Positions 24,735 through 35,252 of a stretch of 64,000 nucleotides of DNA are shown here, in pieces. The notes under the pieces are model-generated. The model was not told where the DNA came from, searched no databases, and saw nothing but the letters and a program-made list of their open reading frames with translations. A program made the translations under genes and the position numbers. The DNA comes from Myxococcota bacterium. Its GTDB lineage: Bacteria > Myxococcota_A > JAVEVO01. The stretch is taken from NCBI GenBank assembly GCA_034005005.1, contig JAVEVO010000003.1:25493-89492 (forward strand). Reading direction: 5' to 3'. Every line of letters begins with the position of its first letter. The stretch's first letter is position 1.

Positions 24735-26048
24735 TCAGGGCATCCGGTAGCGGTTCCCGCGCTGCTGCTCGGCCTTCGCCTCCTCCGCGATGGCCGCGTC
24801 GAGGTACTCGACCTGGGCCTCTCCGTACCAGCGCTGCTCCAGCTCCAGGAGCCGCTGCTGGTACGTTCGTCCCTGGAGCAGCTTGCGGATCTCGGCCTTC
24901 AGGCCCTCGTCGAGGGGCCGCTGGTGCCCGGCCCGCTCTTCCACCACCTGGATCAGGTGGAACCCCAGCTCGGTCTGCACCACGTCCGAGATCCCCCCGA
25001 CGGGCAGGCTGAAGGCCACCTGGTCGAAGGCGGCGGGCATCTGGCCCTTCTTCAGCAGGCCGAGGTCGCCCCCGCGCTCCCGGGTCGCGCCCTCGCTGCG
25101 GGTCCGGGCGACCTCCACGAAGTCCTTGCCGCTGCGCACCAGGCGCAGGGCGTCCTCGGCCTGGGAGCGGGCGACCTGCGCGGCCAGGGGGCCGGCGCCC
25201 TCGGGGATCTGGAAGAAGATCTGGCGCAGCCGGCGCTGCCGGGGCTTGTAGTAGTCGGCCTGCCGGGTCTGATAGTGCTCCGCGATCGCGGCGTCGGTGA
25301 TCGTCAGGTCGCCGAGGCCCTTGGCGATGAGGGCATCGTGGAGCACCTTGGCCGCCAGGTCGCCCTTCACGTCCTCCTCGGTGACGTGCATGTGGCCGAG
25401 GAAGCGGGGCCAGTTCGCCTGGCCGCCCCGGTCCTCGACGAACTTCTGGAAGTCCTTCTCCAGGGTCTCGGGGGAGATCACGACGCCGAGCTCGGCCGCC
25501 TTCTGCCGGTCGATGGTTCGGCGCACGAGCTGGTTCAAGGTGCCGCCGACGACCTGCTTCCAGACGCTCTGGGGCATGCTGCGGGTCAGGCCGAAGAAGG
25601 CATCCAGGGAGCGCTGCACGCGTTCGTTGTAGATCGCCCGGGGGATCTCCTCGCCGTTGACCCGGGCCACCGGGCCGGTGCCCTCGGGCGGGCGGCGGGG
25701 CACCTCGGGGTTGGTGGCGCTGGCGCGGGGGAGCCGGTTGACGTGCGCGCCCGGCGGGAGCTTCAGCCCCAGGTCGGGCTCGTCGGGGACGCCGCCGTCC
25801 GCGGTCGCGGCAGGAGGTGGCGTGTCGACCGGCGGGGTGGCGGTCGGGGTCTCGGGGGTGGGGGAGGGCTCGGCGCGGGGCCGCTGATCGGGGAAGGGGC
25901 TGGGCGCGTCGAGCCAGGGCGCGGCGTTCGGCGTGGTCCCCGGCGCGGCCGGGCCAGGGGCCTCCGGCGCGGGCGGACAGCCCGCGAGCAACGTCCCGAG
26001 AAGCAGCGTGGCGGCGGGCAGCAGTCGCCTGGTCGTTTCTGGCAGCAA
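24735..26048 (-). CDS. lipoprotein peptidyl-prolyl cis-trans isomerase, parvulin (PpiC/SurA-PrsA-like) family
   Basis: Parvulin signature GGDLGLLKKGQMPAAFDQVAFSL..GGISDVVQTELGFHLIQV. Lipobox LLAGC. The start is proposed as TTG at 26048 preceded by AGGAGGG. The track ORF extends to 26129 (ATG), which would put about 27 residues ahead of the signal peptide. Confidence 0.65.
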   Translation of the reverse strand: MLPETTRRLLPAATLLLGTLLAGCPPAPEAPGPAAPGTTPNAAPWLDAPSPFPDQRPRAEPSPTPETPTATPPVDTPPPAATADGGVPDEPDLGLKLPPGAHVNRLPRASATNPEVPRRPPEGTGPVARVNGEEIPRAIYNERVQRSLDAFFGLTRSMPQSVWKQVVGGTLNQLVRRTIDRQKAAELGVVISPETLEKDFQKFVEDRGGQANWPRFLGHMHVTEEDVKGDLAAKVLHDALIAKGLGDLTITDAAIAEHYQTRQADYYKPRQRRLRQIFFQIPEGAGPLAAQVARSQAEDALRLVRSGKDFVEVARTRSEGATRERGGDLGLLKKGQMPAAFDQVAFSLPVGGISDVVQTELGFHLIQVVEERAGHQRPLDEGLKAEIRKLLQGRTYQQRLLELEQRWYGEAQVEYLDAAIAEEAKAEQQRGNRYRMP

Positions 26049-26191
26049 GGGCTCCCTCCTGCCGGCGGTGCGCCGGCTGTCCAGATCCCCGGAGATCCCG
26101 GAGAGCAGGTTATACACCAACCCGTGCAATCCGGGAGGGGGGCAGCCCGTCGCGCGTCATCGCCTGCCGGGAGGCGTGTCCGGGCCGCTGG

Positions 26192-26219
26192 TTGACGGGT
26201 CGCGGCGGCCCGATATACT
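26192..26219 (+). promoter_or_regulatory. candidate sigma70-type promoter (TTGACG - 16 nt - TATACT) upstream of the 26343 gene
   Basis: Sequence match only. It lies ~124 bp upstream of the ATG, in a divergent intergenic region. Confidence 0.3.
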
Positions 26220-26342
26220 GCCCTGGCCCGCTCGGCCGGGCCCGCGACCGGGCGCGCCCCCGGTCCTGTCGTCGCGAGGTGCGCCAGCGGCGTCAGTCTC
26301 CCAGCACTCGCGCAAGGCTCGAGCCTCCAGGAGCGCCTCACC

Positions 26343-27518
26343 ATGGACCAGCAGCGACGTGGCGAGAACACTACCCAGCACGGTAGCCGTAGTGGTGGTC
26401 GGGCGTGGCCCTGGCTGTCGCTGCTGCTGCTCGGCGGGGTCGCGGCCTGCGACCGGCAGGCCGCGCCCGTCTTCGCGGTCGATCGCGTCGTCGAGCAGAG
26501 CGGCCTGCTCGATCCCCTGCTCCGGCAAGCCGGGGTCGCGGCGACGGTGGTGCCGGGCAGCACGGGTGATGCCTTGCTCCTGGCCGGGCAGGCGCGGGCC
26601 GACCTGATCCTGGTCGCCGCCCCCCAGGAGGTGGCGCGGCTGGTCGGCGAGGGGCGGGTCGCGCAGTCCGCCATCCTGATGCACAACGAGTACGTCCTCG
26701 TCGGTCGCGAGACCGATCCGGCCAACGTGCGGGCGGCGCGCGACGGCGCCCAGGCCTTGCGGACGATCAACCGCAGCGGCAGCAGCTTCATCGTCCCGGC
26801 GCGCGGCAGCGCGGCCCGCTTCAAGCTGGAGCAGGTCTGGAGCCTGCAGACCGACCAGCGCGCCTCGCCCGGCTTCACCGGGGCCGAGGGCGACGTGCGG
26901 GAGGCGGTGCTCGCGGCCCACGCCCAGGGCTCCTACACCCTCGTCGACCGCGCCACCCGGCTCACCTACCTCGAGGCCCGGGGGCTCAAGCCCCGGCTGC
27001 TGCTCACGGGCGGGCCGGAGATGGCCAACCCGTACCACCTCGTGCTGCTCAACCCCCTGCCCGGCGAGGAGAAGCGGGCCGCGGCCGCCCGCCAGCTCTT
27101 CACCGCGCTCACGAGCGAGGCTGCCCGGCGGGTCATCGCCGGCTTCGGCCTCACTCGTTACGGCGAGCGCCTGTTCGAGCCGGGGGAGCCGCCCCCGGGC
27201 GAGCCCGTCCAGTATCGCCAGCTCTCGTCGCCCCTGCTGCCCAGCGTCGCCCCGCTGCGACCGGGCGCCGAGGCGTTGCCCAACCCCCATGGAGCGGGAG
27301 GGCTGCCCATGCGCTCGCCCCACGGGGCGATGGGGGTCATGCCCGGGGCCGGGCCCTCCCCTCACGGGGAGCTGCCGGGCGGCCACTTCCCGGGCGAGCC
27401 CCCGCCGGGCGGCCCTCACCCGGGCGGCCCCCATCATCCGGGCGGCCCCCTGCCGGGGGAGGCGCCGGCCCTCCCGCCCGCTCCCGTCGCGCCCGGGCCG
27501 GCCGGGAGCGCTCCGTGA
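26343..27518 (+). CDS. lipoprotein, PBP-like (tungstate/phosphate-type) substrate-binding domain with His/Pro/Gly-rich C-terminal tail
   Basis: Lipobox GGVAAC. The body resembles the PBP_like_2 / TupA-type solute-binding fold. The tail contains repeated PHG/HPGG units (PNPHGAGG..SPHGAMG..SPHGELPGGHFPGEPPPGGPHPGGPHHPGGP). Confidence 0.6.
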   Translation: MDQQRRGENTTQHGSRSGGRAWPWLSLLLLGGVAACDRQAAPVFAVDRVVEQSGLLDPLLRQAGVAATVVPGSTGDALLLAGQARADLILVAAPQEVARLVGEGRVAQSAILMHNEYVLVGRETDPANVRAARDGAQALRTINRSGSSFIVPARGSAARFKLEQVWSLQTDQRASPGFTGAEGDVREAVLAAHAQGSYTLVDRATRLTYLEARGLKPRLLLTGGPEMANPYHLVLLNPLPGEEKRAAAARQLFTALTSEAARRVIAGFGLTRYGERLFEPGEPPPGEPVQYRQLSSPLLPSVAPLRPGAEALPNPHGAGGLPMRSPHGAMGVMPGAGPSPHGELPGGHFPGEPPPGGPHPGGPHHPGGPLPGEAPALPPAPVAPGPAGSAP

Positions 27519-29371
27519 TGACCCGGACCTGGCCTGCCGTCCTCGGCCTCTGCCTCCTCGGCGGGTGCGCCGAGTCCGCCCCCGGACTGGATCCCGGTCT
27601 CGATGCCGCGGTGTCCGAGGCGACTTGCGAGCTCCCCGAGGATTGCTCCCCGGGCGAGCTGTGCGTCGCGGGGGAGTGCGTGCTCCAGCCTCGCCCGGAG
27701 GGCGAGGGGGCCGAGGGCGAGGGCGAGGGCGCCGAGGGCGAGGGCGAGGGGGCCGAGGGCGAGGGCGAGGGCGCCGAGGGCGAGGGCGAGGGCGCCGAGG
27801 GCGAGGGCGAGGGGGCGTCCCCCGCGTGCGAGCCCGATGGGCTCGAGCCGGACGACCTCCCGTCGTCCGCGATCCTCCTGGACCGCGAGCTCCTGCGCGG
27901 CCTGAGCCTCTGCGAGGGGGACGAGGACTGGTTCCTGATCACCTTGCCGCAGGGCGCCGGGCTGCGGGCCACCGTCAGCGGTGGTCGCCCCCGGGTGGAG
28001 CTGCGCACCGCCGACGGCCGCACCCTGCTCGGCACCGGCGCAGCCCGGGAGGACGGCGTCGAGCTCCTGCTGGACGAGGCGCCCACGGACGGGCGCTACG
28101 CGCTCCGCATCTGGGGCCTCGTGCTGCTCTCCTATGATCTGCGGCTCGAGGTGCGGCCTCCTGCGCCGGTGTCCTGCGATCCCGACCGCCTGGAGCCCAA
28201 CGACTCGCCCGCGACCGCGCGCCCCTTCGGGGGCTTCGCCGCGGCGGGGCTGAGCCTGTGCGATGCGGACGAGGACTGGCTGCAGGTCGAGCTGCAGCGG
28301 GGCGAAGGCCTGATCGCCGCGGTCACCGGCGAGGGGCTGCAGGTCGAGCTCTGGGACGGACGCGGCGCCGCGCTGCAGGCCGGGTCCGTGGCGACCGGCC
28401 CGGGCGCCGCGGCGACCCTCGTGGCCGCCCCCGCGGACGGGCCGTACCTGGTGCGGGTCTTCGGGGCCGTGACCCCGCACTACGATCTGCAGCTCACCCT
28501 GTCGCCGCCGGCCAGCGAGGGCGAGGGGGAGGGCGAGGGGCTCGGCGAGGGGGAAGGGGAGGGCGAGGGCCTCGGCGAGGGCGAGGGCCTCGGCGAGGGC
28601 GAGGGGGAGGGCGAGGGCCTCGGCGAGGGGGAGGGCGAGGGGGCAGACCCGGACCCGGGCTGCGTCAATGATCGGTTCGAGCGCAACGACACGCCGGCCA
28701 CGGCGACCCCCCTGGCCGGCGACTTCGCTGGCGATCTGATGATCTGCGCGGCAGACGCGGACTACTTCCGCATCCCGCTGCTGGCCGGCGCCGAGCTGAC
28801 CGCGGACATCGACTTCGACCTCTTCCGCGACCTCGACCTGTACCTCGAGGACGCCCGCGGCAACCTGCTGGCCAGCAGCGACTCCATCGTCTGGCCCTGG
28901 GAGTCCCTCTCCTACACCGCGTCCCGCGCCGAGGAGGTCTTCCTCCTCGTGACCGGGGCCTGGGCCAACACCCGGTCCGGCTACCTCCTCACGGTGGGCG
29001 TGTTCGGGGGCACCCCGGTGGAGGACGCCTGCCGCGATCCCCTCGAGCCCAACGACGACCAGGACCACGCCTCCCCGCTGGAGGCGGGCCAGCACGACCT
29101 CGGGATCTGCGCCGGGGACGAGGACTGGTTCTCCGTGCCCCTCGCCGCCAGTGGATCGTTGGCGGTCACCTTGGTCCCGGCGGGCAGCGGCTACGACCTG
29201 GACCTGGCGCTGCTCGACGCGTCCGGCCGGGAGCTCGCCTCCTCCCGGCGGGCCGCGGGCGCCAGCGAGCAGATCGACTTCGTCGCCACGGACGCGCAGT
29301 CGCTGTCCCTGCGGGTCTTCGGCTACCGGCCGGACGATGAGGGGAGGTACACCCTGGAGGTCCAGTACTGA
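27515..29371 (+). CDS. lipoprotein with four pre-peptidase C-terminal (PPC)-like domains separated by (EGEG)n acidic linkers
   Basis: ATG overlaps the upstream stop (GTGATGA). Lipobox LLGGC. Four repeats of the pattern C.PD.LEPND....A..L......L..C.GDEDWF...L..G, ending YDL.L. Linkers are encoded by 24-bp tandem repeats. Confidence 0.7.
   Translation: MMTRTWPAVLGLCLLGGCAESAPGLDPGLDAAVSEATCELPEDCSPGELCVAGECVLQPRPEGEGAEGEGEGAEGEGEGAEGEGEGAEGEGEGAEGEGEGASPACEPDGLEPDDLPSSAILLDRELLRGLSLCEGDEDWFLITLPQGAGLRATVSGGRPRVELRTADGRTLLGTGAAREDGVELLLDEAPTDGRYALRIWGLVLLSYDLRLEVRPPAPVSCDPDRLEPNDSPATARPFGGFAAAGLSLCDADEDWLQVELQRGEGLIAAVTGEGLQVELWDGRGAALQAGSVATGPGAAATLVAAPADGPYLVRVFGAVTPHYDLQLTLSPPASEGEGEGEGLGEGEGEGEGLGEGEGLGEGEGEGEGLGEGEGEGADPDPGCVNDRFERNDTPATATPLAGDFAGDLMICAADADYFRIPLLAGAELTADIDFDLFRDLDLYLEDARGNLLASSDSIVWPWESLSYTASRAEEVFLLVTGAWANTRSGYLLTVGVFGGTPVEDACRDPLEPNDDQDHASPLEAGQHDLGICAGDEDWFSVPLAASGSLAVTLVPAGSGYDLDLALLDASGRELASSRRAAGASEQIDFVATDAQSLSLRVFGYRPDDEGRYTLEVQY
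27697..27822 (+). repeat. 24-bp tandem repeat x5 (ggcgagggcgagggcgccgagggc) encoding (EGEGEGAEG)n
   Basis: Directly visible. A second related array lies at ~28520-28650 and encodes (EGEGLG)n. Confidence 0.85.
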
Positions 29372-29396
29372 GGTACTGGGATTCCTGTCGTCTTTG

Positions 29397-30044
29397 CTAC
29401 TTCTTTCCTGGGGCGGCGCCACCTGCGGGGGCCATCGGACCTAGCTTCGCCTTGTACGGGGTCGGGTCGAACGAGATGAGCTGGTCCGTGTCGGTCCCGT
29501 AGTCGCCGGCGAGGCTCTGGTGGACGATGATCGCGGTCGCCTTGCCGTTGGCCGACCAGCGGATCTCCTTGATCTTCGCCTCGGCCACCAGGGAGCCGTC
29601 GGGGCTGGTGCCCAGCGGGATGCCGAACATCTGCTTCATCGTCTCGCCCCGGGCGATGAACAGCACGAGCTGCGCGCCCATCTTGTTGGACATGATCATC
29701 CCGGAGCCGTCGGGCGCGGCCTCGCCGACGACGCCGCCATCCATGAAGCCGTAGGCGTTGAAGGGCGGGTACGCGAGGTAGGCCGGGAGCTGCTCCGGCG
29801 TGACCTCCGGCGGCAGGTCGAGCTCGTAGACCGACTGCCCGTAGGTGCCGACCGCCTTGATCGCCAGGGTGCTCAGCCCCCGGGCCACGTCCTTGATCAC
29901 CACGAGCATCGCCCGGGCGTCACGGGAGAAGGCCCAGAACTGGATCTCCACCGCCGAGTCGTGGCCGGCCTGAGCCGGCCGGGCGGAGCAGAGCAGCAAG
30001 GCCGCCACCATGGGGACGAACAGCTTCGCGATCGATCTGCGCAT
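29397..30044 (-). CDS. secreted hypothetical protein
   Basis: ATG at 30044 followed by signal peptide MVAALLLCSARPAQA. GC is slightly lower than in flanking sequence. Confidence 0.55.
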   Translation of the reverse strand: MRRSIAKLFVPMVAALLLCSARPAQAGHDSAVEIQFWAFSRDARAMLVVIKDVARGLSTLAIKAVGTYGQSVYELDLPPEVTPEQLPAYLAYPPFNAYGFMDGGVVGEAAPDGSGMIMSNKMGAQLVLFIARGETMKQMFGIPLGTSPDGSLVAEAKIKEIRWSANGKATAIIVHQSLAGDYGTDTDQLISFDPTPYKAKLGPMAPAGGAAPGKK

Positions 30045-30136
30045 TCCTCACCTCCCTCCGGAGCGCCCGGAGACCCGGCATACCCACAGTTGGACCCGCG
30101 GCGCCCCCGTCCGATTCACCCGGACCGCAAGGCGGC

Positions 30137-30514
30137 TCACGGCCAGTTCAGCCAGACCTGGCCGGCGATGTGCACCGCCGCGGCGGTCACCGTCCAGGCG
30201 AGCAGCAGCCTGGCCGTGCGCCCCGTCAACCCGCGGCGGGCGAGCCCGCCGGCCGGCGCGCCCAGCAGCAGCCCGGCCAGCAGCGCCTCGGCGGTCTGTC
30301 CATAATAGCGCATCGGCTCCGCGCCGGCCGGCCCCACCCACTGGAATTCTTGCTCCCGGGGGAAGTAGGTCCACACCGGGAGCTGCAGCAAGGAGATCGC
30401 CGTGTAGCACAAGGAGAAGCCCACCAGCCCGAGGCAGACCGCGGCGAAGACGCCCGCCACGGGCGGGGGGAGCCGGTCGTCGGCCGGCGCGGGCGGGCGG
30501 GGCTCGCCGCTCAC
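30137..30514 (-). CDS. small membrane protein, hypothetical
   Basis: GTG overlaps the TGA of the upstream gene (GTGA). Three hydrophobic segments. Confidence 0.45.
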   Translation of the reverse strand: MSGEPRPPAPADDRLPPPVAGVFAAVCLGLVGFSLCYTAISLLQLPVWTYFPREQEFQWVGPAGAEPMRYYGQTAEALLAGLLLGAPAGGLARRGLTGRTARLLLAWTVTAAAVHIAGQVWLNWP

Positions 30515-30972
30515 AGGGGGAGGCCTTCGAAGGTGGCGGTGAGCAGGCCGATGGCCACGGCGACGATCACGAGGACGGCGCTGCCCGTGGACAGGCCGCA
30601 GTACAGGCCGATGAGCAGCCGCTGGCGGTGGCGGGCCGGGGGTGCGAAGCGGTCCAGCAGCAGCAGGGCGATGACGGTCGCCAGCACCCAGGCGAGCAGG
30701 TGCTCCTTGATGTCGAACAGCCGCGCGATGTCCGGCCGGTGGAGGTCGAGGTACGCGCCGCGCACGTAAACCTTGTAGGTCGGATACACGAGGCAGCCGA
30801 CGAGGAAGTTGACGAAGAACAGCCCGCCGCCCAGCCGCAGGAACCACCGCTCCCGCCGGGCGCTCGCGAAGCCTCCCCGCAGGTAGCGGCTGCTCCAGAC
30901 GGCCTCGTGGACGAGCACGCCCGCGAGCAGGGCCGCGACCAGGCCATGGGTGACGAGCAGGAAGCGATCCAC
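30511..30972 (-). CDS. small 4-TM membrane protein, hypothetical
   Basis: GTG at 30972 preceded by GGAGAGG. The longer track ORF (to 31236) would overlap the divergent kinase start. Confidence 0.5.
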   Translation of the reverse strand: MDRFLLVTHGLVAALLAGVLVHEAVWSSRYLRGGFASARRERWFLRLGGGLFFVNFLVGCLVYPTYKVYVRGAYLDLHRPDIARLFDIKEHLLAWVLATVIALLLLDRFAPPARHRQRLLIGLYCGLSTGSAVLVIVAVAIGLLTATFEGLPL

Positions 30973-31186
30973 GCGAGCCTCTCCACGGAGCGACGGTCTC
31001 CGCCCGACCCAGTGTTCCACGGTCGGGTGGTCGGCTGCAAGAGGTTGCCGGCGGCTGGCCCCCCGGTGTGAGGCGGATCGTGCCTCGGCCTTGAAAGGGA
31101 GGTCGGGCGCGTGGTATCTCGGGGGAGGAGGCCGGTGTGGCGCTCCCCGGCAAAGAGGATCCGTGAGCCCAGCTCCTGCCCGCACC

Positions 31187-32914
<1,728 letters not shown>

Positions 32915-32973
32915 GGGGGACGGCGGGCGGCGCCGGGGTCCTGGGGCTGCCGGGGGGCGGGGGCCCGCGGCGC

Positions 32974-33345
32974 TCAGCCCTGCACGAGCGCCAGGGGCAG
33001 CCAGAGGAGGTAGCTGACCGCGACCGCACCCCCGCCGGCGATGGCCAGCAGGGCGAGCAGGCCGACCTGTCGCTGCCCGGCCCAGCTCCGGGAGTAGCCG
33101 ATCGCCATCCCTCCCAGACAGACCGTCACCAGCGCGAGGGCGAAGGGGAGGATGAAGAGGAGGCGGTCGGCCGTGCCGGCGGCGGGAGCGAGCAGCAGCG
33201 CGTGGGTCGCGGCCAGCAGGCCGCCGAAGCGCTGCTGCAGCAGCAGCAGGGCGGCGGCGTCGAGGATCATCAGGCCGAGCCCGAGCCAGCGCAGCCAGGC
33301 CAGCCGCCCGGCGTGTTCGCCGGCGGCCGCGGTCGTCTCCGCCAT
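32974..33345 (-). CDS. small membrane protein (3-4 TM), hypothetical
   Basis: ATG 33345 preceded by GGAGGG. Hydrophobic Leu/Ala-rich ORF at the C-terminal end of a long track ORF. Confidence 0.45.
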   Translation of the reverse strand: MAETTAAAGEHAGRLAWLRWLGLGLMILDAAALLLLQQRFGGLLAATHALLLAPAAGTADRLLFILPFALALVTVCLGGMAIGYSRSWAGQRQVGLLALLAIAGGGAVAVSYLLWLPLALVQG

Positions 33346-33534
33346 GGTCGTCCCTCCGGGCCCCGGGCGGGGCCACCGGAGGCGCAGTATGGCGGGCTCG
33401 CCACCTCCCGGCAAGGGCCTTGTGGTGTTCTCTCCGCTTGACAACGGGCGGCGTCTATCCCAACTTGAGCCGATCCCATCCCCCGGTCTCCCGGTCCGCC
33501 GCTGGATGGTGTCCGGGACGACGGGGCCGGTGGG

Positions 33535-34797
33535 GTGTGGGCACCCATGTCGCTGCTGCTGTCGCTGCTGGTGCTGCTGGCCTTGCTGGTCGGGGCCGGC
33601 GCGTGGGAATACCTCGCCCACCGGCGCAACCTCCGCTCGATCCGCATCCGCATCCACGTCAACGGCACCCGGGGCAAGTCCTCCGTGACCCGCCTGGTGG
33701 CCGCGGGCCTGCGCGCCGGCGGCTTGCGGACCTTCGCCAAGACCACGGGGACCCTCCCGCGGATGATCATGCACGACGGGCGGGAGTACCCGGTGTTCCG
33801 GCCGGCCAAGGCGAACATCATCGAGCAGCTCCGCATCGTCTCCCTCGCCGCGTCGGAGCGGGCCGACGCCCTGATCATCGAGTGCATGGCCCTGCAGCCG
33901 GCCCTGCAGAGCCTGACCGAGCTGAAGATGGTGCGGGCGACCATCGGCGTGATCACCAACGCCCGCCCCGATCACCTCGACGTCATGGGCCCGAGCGAGG
34001 AGAATGTCGCCCTGGCCCTGCTCGGCTCGACGCCCGTCGGCGGCGTGCTCTGCACTGCGGAGCGTGACTACCTGCCCTTGTTCGCCCACGCCTGCGCGGA
34101 TCGGGGCAGCCGGCTCGCGGCGATCTCGGCCGCGCAGGCCGACGCGATCCCCGACGAGACCATGGCGCGCTTCTCCTACAAGGAGCACAAGGAGAACGTC
34201 GCCCTGGCCCTGCAGGTGTGCGCGGAGGCCGGCGTCCCGCGGGAGGTCGCGCTCGCGGGGATGATCCGCACGCCGCCCGACCCGGGGGCGATGCAGGCGT
34301 ACCCGGTCGAGTTCTTCGGCCGGGACATCGTCTTCTACAACGGCTTCGCGGCCAACGACCCGGAGTCCTCGGAGCGGATCTGGCAGATGGCCGTGGACCG
34401 GCACCCCGAGCACGCCACCCGGATCATGCTGCTCAACTGCCGCGCCGATCGCCCCGATCGGTCGCGCCAGCTCGGGGAGGCCGTGCCCTCCTGGACCCGG
34501 GCCGATCACTACGTCGTCATGGGGAGCGGGACCTACGTCTTCGTCAAGTACGCCGCCCTCGCCGGGCTCGATCCCACGAAGGCGGTCTACGCCGAGGGCT
34601 TCTCCACCGAGCGGATCTTCGAGACGATCGTCGGCCTGTGTCGTCACAAGACCCTGGTGATGGGCATCGGCAACATCGGCGGCGGAGGCCTCGAGCTCGT
34701 CGCCTACTTCCAGAACCGGACCTTGCTGCCGGAGATGTCCGCGCCGGAGGAGGAGCAGTTCGCCCTCCCGGCGTCGGCTCGGGTCGGAGGCCACTGA
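33535..34797 (+). CDS. pgsB: poly-gamma-glutamate synthase PgsB/CapB (Mur-ligase-like amide ligase)
   Basis: Close motif-level match to B. subtilis PgsB: IRIHVNGTRGKSSVTRL, KTTGT, IIECMALQP, ITNARPDHLDVMGP, PPDPGAM, NGFAANDPESS, LNCRADRPDRS, GIGNIGGGG. The likely start is ATG 33547; GTG 33535 is also possible. Confidence 0.85.
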   Translation: MWAPMSLLLSLLVLLALLVGAGAWEYLAHRRNLRSIRIRIHVNGTRGKSSVTRLVAAGLRAGGLRTFAKTTGTLPRMIMHDGREYPVFRPAKANIIEQLRIVSLAASERADALIIECMALQPALQSLTELKMVRATIGVITNARPDHLDVMGPSEENVALALLGSTPVGGVLCTAERDYLPLFAHACADRGSRLAAISAAQADAIPDETMARFSYKEHKENVALALQVCAEAGVPREVALAGMIRTPPDPGAMQAYPVEFFGRDIVFYNGFAANDPESSERIWQMAVDRHPEHATRIMLLNCRADRPDRSRQLGEAVPSWTRADHYVVMGSGTYVFVKYAALAGLDPTKAVYAEGFSTERIFETIVGLCRHKTLVMGIGNIGGGGLELVAYFQNRTLLPEMSAPEEEQFALPASARVGGH

Positions 34798-35252
34798 TGG
34801 AACTGATAACCCTGTCGGTGGGATTGGGGCTGGTGGTCAGCCTGGTCTTCTCCGAGCTGCTCGGCGCGGCCGCCGGCGGGATGGTCGTTCCGGGCTACAT
34901 CGCCCTCAGCCTCGACCGCCCCCTGACCGTGCTGCTGACGATCTTCGCTGCGGTGCTGACCTTTCTGCTGGTCCACGCCCTCGGGACGATCATGATCCTC
35001 TATGGTCGTCGGCGCACCGTGCTGATGATCCTCGTGGGCTTCATCATGGGTGCCTTGCTCCGGCAGGTCGGAAGCCTGCCCCTCAGCTACGGCTCCCTCG
35101 ACCTGAGCGTCGTCGGCTACATCATTCCGGGGCTCATCGCCATCTGGATCGATCGACAGGGGATGTGGGAAACCCTGGCCACCCTGGTCACGGCGAGCGT
35201 CGTGGTGAGGCTGGGATTGATCCTGATCACGGGCGGGGAGATGGCGCTGTGA
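34797..35252 (+). CDS. pgsC: poly-gamma-glutamate biosynthesis membrane protein PgsC/CapC
   Basis: ATG overlaps the pgsB stop (TGATG). Motifs GMVVPGYIAL, ILYGRRR and IIPGLIA match PgsC closely. Confidence 0.8.
   Translation: MELITLSVGLGLVVSLVFSELLGAAAGGMVVPGYIALSLDRPLTVLLTIFAAVLTFLLVHALGTIMILYGRRRTVLMILVGFIMGALLRQVGSLPLSYGSLDLSVVGYIIPGLIAIWIDRQGMWETLATLVTASVVVRLGLILITGGEMAL

Noticed and set aside
24702-26878. ORFs 24702..26195(+) and 25763..26878(-) overlapping the PPIase gene region
   Set aside because: The parvulin motifs are on the minus strand 24735..26048, and the others are low-complexity.
27697-28650. Possible CRISPR-like arrays at the EGEG repeat regions
   Set aside because: The repeats are contiguous with no unique spacers. 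They are in frame within a CDS and encode Glu-Gly linkers, so they are not CRISPR.
33438-33461. Possible promoter TTGACA...TATCCC upstream of pgsB
   Set aside because: The spacer is only 12 nt and the -10 match is weak, so it is not supportable from sequence alone.
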